A DNA stretch of 35,146 bases from a virus (Duplodnaviria; Caudoviricetes): positions 1 through 35,146 of IMG/VR virus record IMGVR_UViG_3300005611_001436. The stretch is one strand, 5' to 3'. Below the pieces are notes generated by a model. That model had not been told where the DNA came from, made no database searches, and worked only from the letters and a program-made list of their open reading frames with translations. Positions within the stretch are counted from its first letter, which is position 1; each line of letters begins with the position of its first letter. This document shows positions 20,026 through 29,178 of the stretch, piece by piece. A program made the translations under genes and the position numbers.

Positions 20026-20579
20026 TTTTTCCACCAACCAGACCAGCCTTCTTGGAACATCATATATCTTTGATTAAATAACCATATATTGTAATCATTA
20101 TTTTCAGGTTCATATTCGTGGCCTTGAATTGTATTACAAATGTTTTTCCAAGATTTATGTTCTATATTTTCATAGATGAATTGGTCCATACCTCTATAGT
20201 ATTTCTTTTCTAAACCTATTACATCTTTTTCAAAATATTCAAAGATATGTGATTGGTCACCATACCAAGACATAATAGAAGAATTGACAGGTGTATGTTT
20301 GGCTTCTCTCCACCAACAATGTACTAAATGTAAATCTTTTTGTATAATCTCTTCAGGTACTTTGCCTTTTATGACTACATCTAAATCAAAATACAAGTTT
20401 TGACCTTTTGTAAAATCTCTAAACATTTGTAGTTTATTAAAGACGCCTGTATAACTATCTTTTGTTATGACATTAAAACTATCATAATATAAACCTGAGT
20501 ATTTGTCAATCATATGTTTTAAATTATTAACATACCACTTAGAATACTTTTGACCTGTACAAACACATATTATATTCAT
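19989..20579 (-). CDS. Glycosyltransferase-like protein (GT-A, DxD)
   Basis: MNIICVCTGQKYSKWYVNNL, FNKLQMF, LYFDLDVVI, NSSIMSW and GMDQFI motifs; start ATG 20579 with GGAG RBS. Confidence 0.75.
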   Translation of the reverse strand: MNIICVCTGQKYSKWYVNNLKHMIDKYSGLYYDSFNVITKDSYTGVFNKLQMFRDFTKGQNLYFDLDVVIKGKVPEEIIQKDLHLVHCWWREAKHTPVNSSIMSWYGDQSHIFEYFEKDVIGLEKKYYRGMDQFIYENIEHKSWKNICNTIQGHEYEPENNDYNIWLFNQRYMMFQEGWSGWWKNYFIENTAIKAS

Positions 20580-21328
20580 TGCCAATACTCCTTTAACCAA
20601 TTATCATTTGCTTCGTGTATAGTTGTATTAGGGTTAGCAAAATGAATTAGTTTTAATCTAGGATTAGGTTGGTCCATAATCATATAATCATCATTAAATA
20701 CTTCACCATATTTTATATTGTATTTCATATTTCTAACACTATCTTGTGTCCATTTACCAATCCATTCACCAGGCATTAGTGTAATTTTTTTGCCTTCTCT
20801 TTGACAGATATGTTGTACAAAGTTTTGTTCACCATAATATTTGTAGTGTACAATACCCTCATAGTAAAAATGTGTTTGCCAATATTCAATGTTTCTCACA
20901 AAGTTATCCCATACACATTTTAAACTACCTGACTTAAACTTATAAAATCCACCGTTTAATCTTGGTGCAAGTCTATCACCTAAGTTCCACCATCTTTCAA
21001 TAGATATTAATTCATCATCTTTTACAGGATAATTAATCATATCTGTAATATCTGATACTACAACTTGGTCAATATCCATTATGATAATATCATCACCAGG
21101 TTGTTGACCACCAAATAAAGGACTAAAGAAGGCCAGTTTGTGCCAGTGTATTTTAATATCACCTGTTTTATAGATAGGTATTATTCTATCTGCCTCAATA
21201 TCATTGGTGTCAGATAAACAAACAAATTCAAATGGTACTTTACAGTATTTTTTTAAACCTCTATATAAGTTAGTTACATACTTTGGTGTATATTTGCCTT
21301 CAAAATAAACTGTAAATATTCTAATCAT
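20576..21328 (-). CDS. Glycosyltransferase-like protein (GT-A, DxD), paralog of the downstream gene
   Basis: GKYTPKYVTNL, FVCLSD, WHKLAFF, MDID, NGGF, GEQNF and IHF motifs. Confidence 0.75.
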   Translation of the reverse strand: MIRIFTVYFEGKYTPKYVTNLYRGLKKYCKVPFEFVCLSDTNDIEADRIIPIYKTGDIKIHWHKLAFFSPLFGGQQPGDDIIIMDIDQVVVSDITDMINYPVKDDELISIERWWNLGDRLAPRLNGGFYKFKSGSLKCVWDNFVRNIEYWQTHFYYEGIVHYKYYGEQNFVQHICQREGKKITLMPGEWIGKWTQDSVRNMKYNIKYGEVFNDDYMIMDQPNPRLKLIHFANPNTTIHEANDNWLKEYWQ

Positions 21329-22463
21329 TTTCTATACCATACTTTTGAGATTTTTTGTTTTTAGAACAAAATGTCACACATTGTTTCAAAGGGTTTGTTG
21401 TAAAACTATCTTTTAAATCTTTTTTAAACCAAGGCGTTTTTATAATGTCTAGCAGATTTCTATTAAATACATTATAGTCTTTATCCTTTTCTTTATAATC
21501 TTTTATTAATTCATGTTTATGCATTAAATCATCATTATTTTCAAAATAAGGATTGCAAACATAACAACAAGGCATAACTTGACCATCAGGATTTATTAAT
21601 ATTCTATTTCTATTTGCCCACGCACAAGTAATTTGTAAATCATCTTTTGGTATAGATAAGTTTTCTGGTTTTCTATTACTCAATTTTATAGATGTTTTTA
21701 ATTTTGTTGTTTTCTTAAATTTACTTTTTTCCGGTGCATCTATTTCCATAGTTATAATTTCTTCATTTGGTCTTTTTTCGTCTTTTGTAAATGTTTGTTT
21801 TATATTAATGAAAGGTTGTTCTAGTGTTTCTGGTTGGCCTTTTGCATTAACAAAATTGTAAACAGAACCTTTTAGAAATCTGTTTGTTTCAATTACATAA
21901 TGATGAGATGAACCGTGTTCTCTACACATAAGTTCTATATCTTTTAGATATTGTTCATTGTGTTTAAATGCTATTGTTTGTGTAATAATACCAGCAGGAG
22001 TATTATTTAAAATGTCCATATTATTTAAAACTTTTTTTAAGAAACTTTTTTGTCTATATCTTTCGTGCATCTCCTGATTGATACCCTCAACAGCAAATAT
22101 AACTTCTAATTTTTTACCACCTATAGTTCCTAACTCCCACCAAAAATCATCATTTCTAAGTGAACCATTTGTATTAATTAAAATCTTAGCATCATTATTC
22201 ACTTCTCTAATATATCTTACAATTTTAAGAATGTCTTTATTAATAATAGGGTCACCCCAAGTTCCACAGATATTAAATTCTCTAGTGGCTTTACAGACAT
22301 TTTCAGGATAAGCCTGTTTAAACTGTTCTATAGACCAATCTATGTCTGGCAACCAATCTGCTGTTCCACAACCGTCTGGATTGGTCCTATGACACATTGG
22401 ACAACCAACATTACATTTGGTAGTAATATCAATAAACAGTCTTAATTCTGCTGGATGCCACAT
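21321..22463 (-). CDS. Radical SAM protein with C-terminal SPASM/twitch domain
   Basis: CNVGCPMC (CxxxCxxC), CGTWGDP, INTNGS; C-terminal C..INPDGQVMPCC...CVTFC. Confidence 0.9.
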   Translation of the reverse strand: MWHPAELRLFIDITTKCNVGCPMCHRTNPDGCGTADWLPDIDWSIEQFKQAYPENVCKATREFNICGTWGDPIINKDILKIVRYIREVNNDAKILINTNGSLRNDDFWWELGTIGGKKLEVIFAVEGINQEMHERYRQKSFLKKVLNNMDILNNTPAGIITQTIAFKHNEQYLKDIELMCREHGSSHHYVIETNRFLKGSVYNFVNAKGQPETLEQPFINIKQTFTKDEKRPNEEIITMEIDAPEKSKFKKTTKLKTSIKLSNRKPENLSIPKDDLQITCAWANRNRILINPDGQVMPCCYVCNPYFENNDDLMHKHELIKDYKEKDKDYNVFNRNLLDIIKTPWFKKDLKDSFTTNPLKQCVTFCSKNKKSQKYGIEND

Positions 22464-23380
22464 AGTTTAAATACTCTTTCAAAGTTCTTATCTATCACAT
22501 GTAGTAAATGAGCCTTAGACATATCTTCTTTATTGGGTGCTAGATGACCAGATAATAACATAAAGTGCCATTCTGGTTTTAATTTGTGATAAGGTATATT
22601 TTTATACTCTAAATGAAAAGTAAAAAAGACTTCATTGTTTAAAAAGAATTTATTTGTTAGTTCTTTACCAAACATCTGTTCTTCTTTTGCTTGTATTAGT
22701 GTATCTACTTTAAATACAAAATCATCAAATAGTTTCATATCTAATATTGCTTTACTATTGCCTGCTAAAATACCTGTGTTAATAATATCTTCCGTACCTG
22801 TTATATTATGTGTCATTAACATAGCTCTTTTAGCCATCATTTTACAATACATACTTTGTTTGTCAAACTTAGATACTATTTCACCAAAGTCACTTTTATT
22901 TCTATCGTGTGTTTTTAAATCACCAATTGACCATATATTCTTTTTATTTGCATTGATAGCCAATGCATTAATTCTTGTAAAATCTAAATGTCTAAAAATA
23001 GAATAGTGTGTATTAGGTACAACATCAAAATCTAAGTAAACTACCTCATCATAATATCTTGCCATTTGTTCAAATAAAAATAACTTATAGAAGTTCATTA
23101 TATCAAAGTCTTTTCTATTCATACCAAAATGCATACCAAACTTTTCTTTGAATAGATTAAACAAATCATTTTTAGGGTCATCATTTGCAAGAAACAATTT
23201 AAAATCTGCTTCACAATCTTCAGCGTAAGTATCTTTGACTTTTTTTAGAATATCAAAATTTTTCTTATATTCTAACTTGGTTCTCATAGACTTAGGCATT
23301 GTATCACCAGCGTATGGATTATTATTTTCTAAATGACTATCTGGTATTTCATTGTAAATACTAAAGATTATTCTTTTCAT
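22442..23380 (-). CDS. Glycosyltransferase-like protein (nucleotide-diphospho-sugar transferase fold)
   Basis: NFYKLFLF..YDEVVYLDFDVVP, INTGI, NNE and HVIDK motifs. Confidence 0.7.
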   Translation of the reverse strand: MKRIIFSIYNEIPDSHLENNNPYAGDTMPKSMRTKLEYKKNFDILKKVKDTYAEDCEADFKLFLANDDPKNDLFNLFKEKFGMHFGMNRKDFDIMNFYKLFLFEQMARYYDEVVYLDFDVVPNTHYSIFRHLDFTRINALAINANKKNIWSIGDLKTHDRNKSDFGEIVSKFDKQSMYCKMMAKRAMLMTHNITGTEDIINTGILAGNSKAILDMKLFDDFVFKVDTLIQAKEEQMFGKELTNKFFLNNEVFFTFHLEYKNIPYHKLKPEWHFMLLSGHLAPNKEDMSKAHLLHVIDKNFERVFKLCGIQQN

Positions 23381-24221
23381 ATCTATCCCATGCTAATAAA
23401 AACTCTTTGTTAATACAGTGGCAAAATTTAGTAACCTTTGGCACATAATATACTTTGTCAAAAAAGTAATGCCATTGTTTATCTAGCCATTGATGTGGAG
23501 TTTTTGTTGTTTGTAATTTATAACTAAAGACTGTTTCATTATCATATGCAAACATTTGTACAATATTTGGTGGATAAAGTCCGTCTAATTTAGTTCTTAA
23601 TAAAGTCATTAAATCTAGTGTGCCTCTAAAATCTTCAAAATATCTTAATTGTTGAATATGCTCTTTCTTTGCACCAATAATACCTGTATTGATAACATCA
23701 TTTTTAGGGTCGTGTCCTGTTTCAATCAACATAGCCTGAGCATTGTAAAATTTTGCAGTAGGACTTCTATCTGTGTGATTGAGTTTATGTAAAGGTTGAT
23801 TTCTAGCATTTACATGAATATTGTTATTATATATTGCAATACCTTTATTTAAGTCCCACACTTCAAAAAAGTTTTCATTTGTTAAAGGCACAACATCAAA
23901 ATCCAAGTATAATATTTCATCATACTTTTCCGCTAGTTCATATAGTAAATGAATTTTGTAAAAATTGACTACAGAATAGATATTGATTTCTGGATAGTTT
24001 GTTGTAAAAAAGTCCAAGTATTCTTTGTATTGATTATCATATTCATACAAAATATAATCAACACCAATAGATTTTGCGTATCTCTGGTGGCTGCGTTTTA
24101 ACTTATCGTAATTTTCTTTAAATGCTTGTTTTGTATTCTTCTTTTCAACACCAGGTTTGTCGTGCATATAAAACTGACCTTCTGGTATATCAATGTACAA
24201 ACTATAGATAACTTTTTTCAT
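23361..24221 (-). CDS. Glycosyltransferase-like protein, paralog of the downstream gene
   Basis: NFYKIHLL..YDEILYLDFDVVP, INTGI, DNE and HCINK motifs. Confidence 0.7.
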   Translation of the reverse strand: MKKVIYSLYIDIPEGQFYMHDKPGVEKKNTKQAFKENYDKLKRSHQRYAKSIGVDYILYEYDNQYKEYLDFFTTNYPEINIYSVVNFYKIHLLYELAEKYDEILYLDFDVVPLTNENFFEVWDLNKGIAIYNNNIHVNARNQPLHKLNHTDRSPTAKFYNAQAMLIETGHDPKNDVINTGIIGAKKEHIQQLRYFEDFRGTLDLMTLLRTKLDGLYPPNIVQMFAYDNETVFSYKLQTTKTPHQWLDKQWHYFFDKVYYVPKVTKFCHCINKEFLLAWDRYEKNNL

Positions 24222-24231
24222 CTCATCCTGC

Positions 24232-24268
24232 CATTATAAATAATCATATAATATAGGTATTTATAATG
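24232..24268. promoter_or_regulatory. Face-to-face pair of late promoters in an 11-bp inverted repeat
   Basis: CATTATAAATA-15 nt-TATTTATAATG; TATAAATA at 24235-24242 (+) and 24258-24265 (-), between divergent operons. Confidence 0.75.
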
Positions 24269-24841
24269 ATAGACAGAACGCTTGAGGTGATAGACCAAAT
24301 TACGACTGACCAAACAGTCAAGTCAATTATCAATTCAATCAACTATAATCAAACTAAAAGTAAACTCTGGCTTATTCAAAAGTCAAGGCCTTTTGTTGAA
24401 ATGATTTCAGAACCGTCTGTATGTATTGCAGCTGGGTGGTATGGCCATTTAGCAAAACTTTTTAGACAAATGACTTATGGTAAAATTGTAAGTTATGATA
24501 TGGACCCAATGTGTAAAACTATTGGTGAAAAATTACAGAAAGGTCAAAACATTAATTTTATTACAGAACAGATGCAATCATTTGACCCATATGATTTTAA
24601 TATCAATATATGTACTTCTTGTGAACATATAAAGCAAGAAGATTTAAATAACTATATTAGTAAAATGAATAAGAGTAGTTTAAAGATATTGCAATCTAAT
24701 AACTATATTCAAGTAGAAGAACACATTAATTGTAAAGAAAATTTAGAAGATTTTGTGAGTGAATTTAAAATAGGCAAGTTATTATTTAAAGGCACTTTGA
24801 AGTTAGACAAGTATGATAGGTATATGGTGATTTTTATATGA
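24266..24841 (+). CDS. Class I SAM-dependent methyltransferase-like protein
   Basis: SKLWL, IAAGWYG motif I, SYDMDP acidic motif II, ICTSCEH and LQSNNY. Confidence 0.7.
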   Translation: MIDRTLEVIDQITTDQTVKSIINSINYNQTKSKLWLIQKSRPFVEMISEPSVCIAAGWYGHLAKLFRQMTYGKIVSYDMDPMCKTIGEKLQKGQNINFITEQMQSFDPYDFNINICTSCEHIKQEDLNNYISKMNKSSLKILQSNNYIQVEEHINCKENLEDFVSEFKIGKLLFKGTLKLDKYDRYMVIFI

Positions 24842-26013
24842 AATTTATAAAAGACAAAGGTAAAAGACAACCAACAAAATTAGACGAATTTGTTAAGAAA
24901 AACAAATCTTATTGTCCTATGGCTTTTAGAGAAATTTATGTTGACAATGCAGGTCAATATAGATTATGTTGTCACGCAACTCAAAGAGAAGACTTAAAAA
25001 AATACCAAGACAACAATACATTACCTTTTGAATATTTTAGGTCAGATGAAATGGAACAAATTAGAAATGATATGTTCTTAGGTAAACCAATAACAGGTTG
25101 TGAAAGATGTTATGAAATGGAAAAAAGAAATGGCCATTCTTATCGTACAGACAAATATTTGAGAAAATACGGTGTTGTAGATGATGTTGACCAAATTAAT
25201 TTAAAATTAAGAATTAACGGTTCTGCTTGTAACTTAGGTTGTTATATGTGTTTTCCTTACAATTCATCAACTAGAAGAAATGAATTAAAAGCTGTTTTTG
25301 GTAATGCTTATAAAGAAATAAATGGATTTGGTAAAGAATATAAGGCTGTAAAACACGACCAATGGGAAAATATGGTACAAGATGTAATGGACAATATTCA
25401 TCTAGTCAACTATATTAATATGACAGGTGGTGAACCATTACAATTACCAAAACATTGGGAGTTTATGGATAGAATACCTGAAGAACACGCTAAACATATA
25501 AAAGTAGGTTATGATACTAACTTAACAAAATTAAGGTGGAAAAATCATAGTATATTTGACTTAGCAGATAAATTTGAAGAAATTAGTTTAGGTGTTTCTT
25601 GTGACCATTACGGTGAAAAACTAAAATGGATTAGATATCCTATAGATGTAGAAGAATTTGAAAGTAATCTAATAGAGGCAAAAGGCCTAGTTAAGAATTT
25701 AAACTGTACCGTATCATTACTTAATATAGATGACTTACACGAAATGGCAAGGTATTACAGAAAGAAATTTGATTTAGATGTAACCTTTCATAACATTGCA
25801 AGAGGTCCTGAGATGTTATCAATATGTAATTTACCAGGTCATTTAAAAGAAAAATATACAATGTTATATAAAGACTTCCCTTATGTTGTCGAAGAATTAC
25901 AAAAAGTACCTCATAGTAAAGGTTCTATAGAACAAATGAAAAACTATTGCGATAGATTATCACAACATAGAAACTTTGATTGGAGAAAATTGTGGCCGAA
26001 TTTTTTAACTTAA
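24838..26013 (+). CDS. Radical SAM protein with N-terminal twitch/SPASM-like domain
   Basis: N-terminal CPMAF..G.YRLCC...CERC; core CNLGCYMC, TGGEP and YDTN. Confidence 0.9.
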   Translation: MKFIKDKGKRQPTKLDEFVKKNKSYCPMAFREIYVDNAGQYRLCCHATQREDLKKYQDNNTLPFEYFRSDEMEQIRNDMFLGKPITGCERCYEMEKRNGHSYRTDKYLRKYGVVDDVDQINLKLRINGSACNLGCYMCFPYNSSTRRNELKAVFGNAYKEINGFGKEYKAVKHDQWENMVQDVMDNIHLVNYINMTGGEPLQLPKHWEFMDRIPEEHAKHIKVGYDTNLTKLRWKNHSIFDLADKFEEISLGVSCDHYGEKLKWIRYPIDVEEFESNLIEAKGLVKNLNCTVSLLNIDDLHEMARYYRKKFDLDVTFHNIARGPEMLSICNLPGHLKEKYTMLYKDFPYVVEELQKVPHSKGSIEQMKNYCDRLSQHRNFDWRKLWPNFLT

Positions 26014-26612
26014 AGAGAGGCCTTAATATAGACATATCATTCAGATGTCCACTAGAATGTTATGCTTGTGATAGACAAAGAGGATATCGTAATCACGGAC
26101 TAAGTGTTCCTGGTGATGATATGACAATGAAACAATTTGAAAAAGTAATACATTGTTTTCACAAAATTTCTTTTGCAGGTAATTTGTCTGACCCTACAGG
26201 CAATCCTAAATTAATGGATTTTTTAAAACTGTGTTATGAACATAATAAATCAACCCACATTATGACAGCTGCAACACATAGAACAAAAGAGTGGTACATA
26301 AAAGCATTTGAGGCACACCCTAAAGCCAGATGGACATTTGGTATTGATGGATTGCCTGAAGAAAGTTGTTTACATAGAATTAATCAGGATGGTGAAAAAC
26401 TATTTGACATAATGAAAACTTGTAGAGAAATGGGACTACAAACTAAATGGCAATACATTATTTTTAAATATAACCAAGACCATATTGAACAAGCAAAAAA
26501 ACTTGCAAAAGATATTGATGTTATATTTGAATTAGTATATTCAGGTAGATTTTCAAATATCAATGACCCATATAGGCCAACTAAAGATGAAATTACGACC
26601 AGACTGTACTAA
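25992..26612 (+). CDS. Radical SAM core protein (no fused SPASM)
   Basis: CPLECYAC, GNLSDP, FGIDG and WQYIIFKYN motifs; likely start GTG 25992 after GGAG. Confidence 0.85.
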   Translation: MAEFFNLKRGLNIDISFRCPLECYACDRQRGYRNHGLSVPGDDMTMKQFEKVIHCFHKISFAGNLSDPTGNPKLMDFLKLCYEHNKSTHIMTAATHRTKEWYIKAFEAHPKARWTFGIDGLPEESCLHRINQDGEKLFDIMKTCREMGLQTKWQYIIFKYNQDHIEQAKKLAKDIDVIFELVYSGRFSNINDPYRPTKDEITTRLY

Positions 26613-26898
26613 ACTAGATAAGAAATTTGGATGGTCAGCACAAGGTTATCTATTGCCTTGTTGTTGGTGTGATTTAAAATCTACATTTGATGGCAGACAA
26701 GGTGCATTGTCTGAATTAGTTAAAGAACATTTACATATAGATAAAGTTCAAAGTATTGATGAAGTATTAGACACACCAGAATGGAAAAACTTTCATAAAG
26801 TAATTACTAGTGAAAAGATAACAAGTGAAACACCTGAGGTTTGTATAAAACATTGTGGCCAAGGTATGAGGTCGGTAAGAGTAAAAGAGAATGATTAA
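26587..26898 (+). CDS. Stand-alone SPASM/twitch Fe-S domain protein
   Basis: C..GYLLPCCWC...PEVCIKHC, matching the C-terminal domain of 21321..22463; likely start ATG 26587. Confidence 0.75.
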   Translation: MKLRPDCTKLDKKFGWSAQGYLLPCCWCDLKSTFDGRQGALSELVKEHLHIDKVQSIDEVLDTPEWKNFHKVITSEKITSETPEVCIKHCGQGMRSVRVKEND

Positions 26899-27451
26899 GA
26901 CATACGAAGTTGCACCACAAGATGTTCAAAAAGATATTGATTACATATATCAAACAGTGATTAATAAAGGTGGTAGACGGTCAAAAAATTATAGAAAAGA
27001 ATATATGCAAGAACCTATCGTAGGTGTAACTATTAGATATGATGAACAAGGTAATCCTGTTTCTACTGCTAGAATATTATATAGAGATTGTTATGATAGT
27101 TCAATAAGAGTATTTGACAGATATGCTTTAATTGAGGGTAATACAGGTTTGTTGCCGTCTGATTATGATGGTTTATTTAAAAAATCTTCCTCAGATATGT
27201 TAGAACAACAAACAGATTTTTGTTTAGAAAAAGGATATAAATGTATCTTTATTTGTATGGAGTTACAAGTTCAAAGAACCTTAAAAAGAGTAATAAAAGG
27301 ACACAATAAATATTCAAAACATATATGGAAGTTTGACGGACCTCATTATGTAACTTATAAAAAGTCAACAGGTGGTTTACAATATTTGGGTTACACTGGC
27401 CGTGAATTTAGGAGAAATGATGGATTATACTATACAGAATTGGAAAGATAG
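26891..27451 (+). CDS. Hypothetical protein, possibly GNAT-fold acyltransferase
   Basis: GNPVSTARI, RVFDRY and MLEQQTDFCLEKGYKCIFI resemble GNAT motifs A/B; the ORF is solid but the fold call is weak. Confidence 0.45.
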   Translation: MIKTYEVAPQDVQKDIDYIYQTVINKGGRRSKNYRKEYMQEPIVGVTIRYDEQGNPVSTARILYRDCYDSSIRVFDRYALIEGNTGLLPSDYDGLFKKSSSDMLEQQTDFCLEKGYKCIFICMELQVQRTLKRVIKGHNKYSKHIWKFDGPHYVTYKKSTGGLQYLGYTGREFRRNDGLYYTELER

Positions 27452-28124
27452 AGATTTAACACCTTTAATTAACAATGATACAGATTTAATTGTTATTAAA
27501 GATGCACCAGCTTCTCAATTAAAACTATTTAATTTCTTAACATCATATTACGAAATTGCACCACAAGACCCTATGGATAAAATCTTTTTAGATATTACTT
27601 TATCAGGTGTTCACCACGAATTATATGGTAATACAGATTTAGAATGGCACATTGATAAAGGTTATACTCAAAGACCTGTCAATGTAACAGGACTATATGC
27701 ATTAGAAATAGAGGGCAGTGTTGGCCGTACAATGTATGTTGATAATAGAATTGACTGTCCTGTTCCAAATAAAAAAATTACAGTAGATATGGACAGATTT
27801 ACAAGTAATGAAAGATATGGATATAAATTTAAATCTGAAGTAGAGAGAAGATGGTTTAGAAGAAAACACAAAGATGTTTGGCACGATTTAGTACAAGAAG
27901 ATAAAAAAGGTAAGTATGTTTATTATTGTGAAGCTTATACTGAATTGCCTGATAATGAAAAAGAACAAATAGAAAAATTACTTTACGAACCTAGTAGAAT
28001 ATATTATCATCAATGGGAAAAAGGTGACTTTGTTGTTGCAAATAATAAAACAACAAATCATAAAAGAGAAGCTACTCAATCAGGTAAAAGACACCTATGG
28101 AAGATTGAGGGTTATCTTAATTAG
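27420..28124 (+). CDS. TauD/TfdA-family 2OG-Fe(II) dioxygenase
   Basis: WHID (HxD), GLYALE, GRTMYVD and HQWEKGDFVVANNKTTNHKR; start ATG 27417 or 27420 after GGAG. Confidence 0.8.
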   Translation: MDYTIQNWKDRDLTPLINNDTDLIVIKDAPASQLKLFNFLTSYYEIAPQDPMDKIFLDITLSGVHHELYGNTDLEWHIDKGYTQRPVNVTGLYALEIEGSVGRTMYVDNRIDCPVPNKKITVDMDRFTSNERYGYKFKSEVERRWFRRKHKDVWHDLVQEDKKGKYVYYCEAYTELPDNEKEQIEKLLYEPSRIYYHQWEKGDFVVANNKTTNHKREATQSGKRHLWKIEGYLN

Positions 28125-28830
28125 TCTTAATTAATTTAATAAAGAAATAAGTAGGGTCAATAGGACCTAATCTCAACTTTTTAGAATTATCGTGGTGTGT
28201 TTTGTGATACCCCTCACCAGCTGTAAACAAATTTAACCAATGACTATTTGCAGCTTTACCGTCTTTGTGTAAGTATGCATTAAATAATCCAAAAAGATGT
28301 GAGCTGAGTACACAAGGTACGGCATATGCAAATACAAATAGTAATGGATGAATTAAGAATAAAGTAATCACTAACGCAAATACCATTTTAAAGTAATGTC
28401 TGTGAAAGAACATTAAAATCTTATTATCAATAAGGCCTTTAAAAAATCTCTTTTCTATTTTGCCGTCTAAACCCCATAGATTAAAATAAATCTTCCAAAA
28501 ACCGTGATGTACAGGACAACTAGGGTCTTTAGGTGTATCTGAATATGCGTGATGTTGTCTATGTATGGCTGCTCTAGTCAAATAAGGACCTGAACCTACA
28601 AACAGACTTAAAAAGTTTGTAAAGTATTCAAACCATTTACCTGTTTCAAAAGATTTATGAGAATAGTATCTGTGATAACCAGCACTTGATGAACAAATTG
28701 TAATGACATAGTACCATAGAAATCCAGCTAGAAACATCCACAATTCACCGTAGATGAAACCTGGTATCAATGCCAAGTGGCAAAGAAAATGATTGATGAG
28801 TAATTTGTGTGTAGTCTTTAGCGATTTCAT
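28117..28830 (-). CDS. Membrane fatty-acid desaturase (delta-9/DesC-like)
   Basis: Three His boxes HRYYSH, HRQHH and GEGYHKTHH; hydrophobic segments; SDTPKDP. Confidence 0.9.
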   Translation of the reverse strand: MKSLKTTHKLLINHFLCHLALIPGFIYGELWMFLAGFLWYYVITICSSSAGYHRYYSHKSFETGKWFEYFTNFLSLFVGSGPYLTRAAIHRQHHAYSDTPKDPSCPVHHGFWKIYFNLWGLDGKIEKRFFKGLIDNKILMFFHRHYFKMVFALVITLFLIHPLLFVFAYAVPCVLSSHLFGLFNAYLHKDGKAANSHWLNLFTAGEGYHKTHHDNSKKLRLGPIDPTYFFIKLIKTN

Positions 28831-28846
28831 AATAAAATAATTAAAT

Positions 28847-29170
28847 TTAAATTGTTGGTTCTTCAGTTGATTCTACTGAAGCATATGTTAAACCTCTATT
28901 ATTTAAATAATCATCTCTATTTGTTACAGATGCAAGATATTCACCAGAACCATAAAATTCATTAAAACTAGCAAGTGAATCAAAACCTATTTTAATATAC
29001 TGTTCATAACCACCTACAGATTGTTTAACTTCATAATGAATGACTTTACCCTCAGATTGAAATTGTTGTAGTTTTTGTCCAACAATTTGATTTCCAAGTT
29101 CATCCTGACGGACATACCAAATTCTGTCCGTGCTATCTCTTGTATATGTAATTTTTTGCCAGTAAGCCAT
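28847..29170 (-). CDS. Hypothetical protein
   Basis: 107-aa ORF filling the gap; GATAAATA late-promoter variant at 29176-29183 (-) just upstream. Confidence 0.65.
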   Translation of the reverse strand: MAYWQKITYTRDSTDRIWYVRQDELGNQIVGQKLQQFQSEGKVIHYEVKQSVGGYEQYIKIGFDSLASFNEFYGSGEYLASVTNRDDYLNNRGLTYASVESTEEPTI

Positions 29171-29178
29171 AAAACTAT

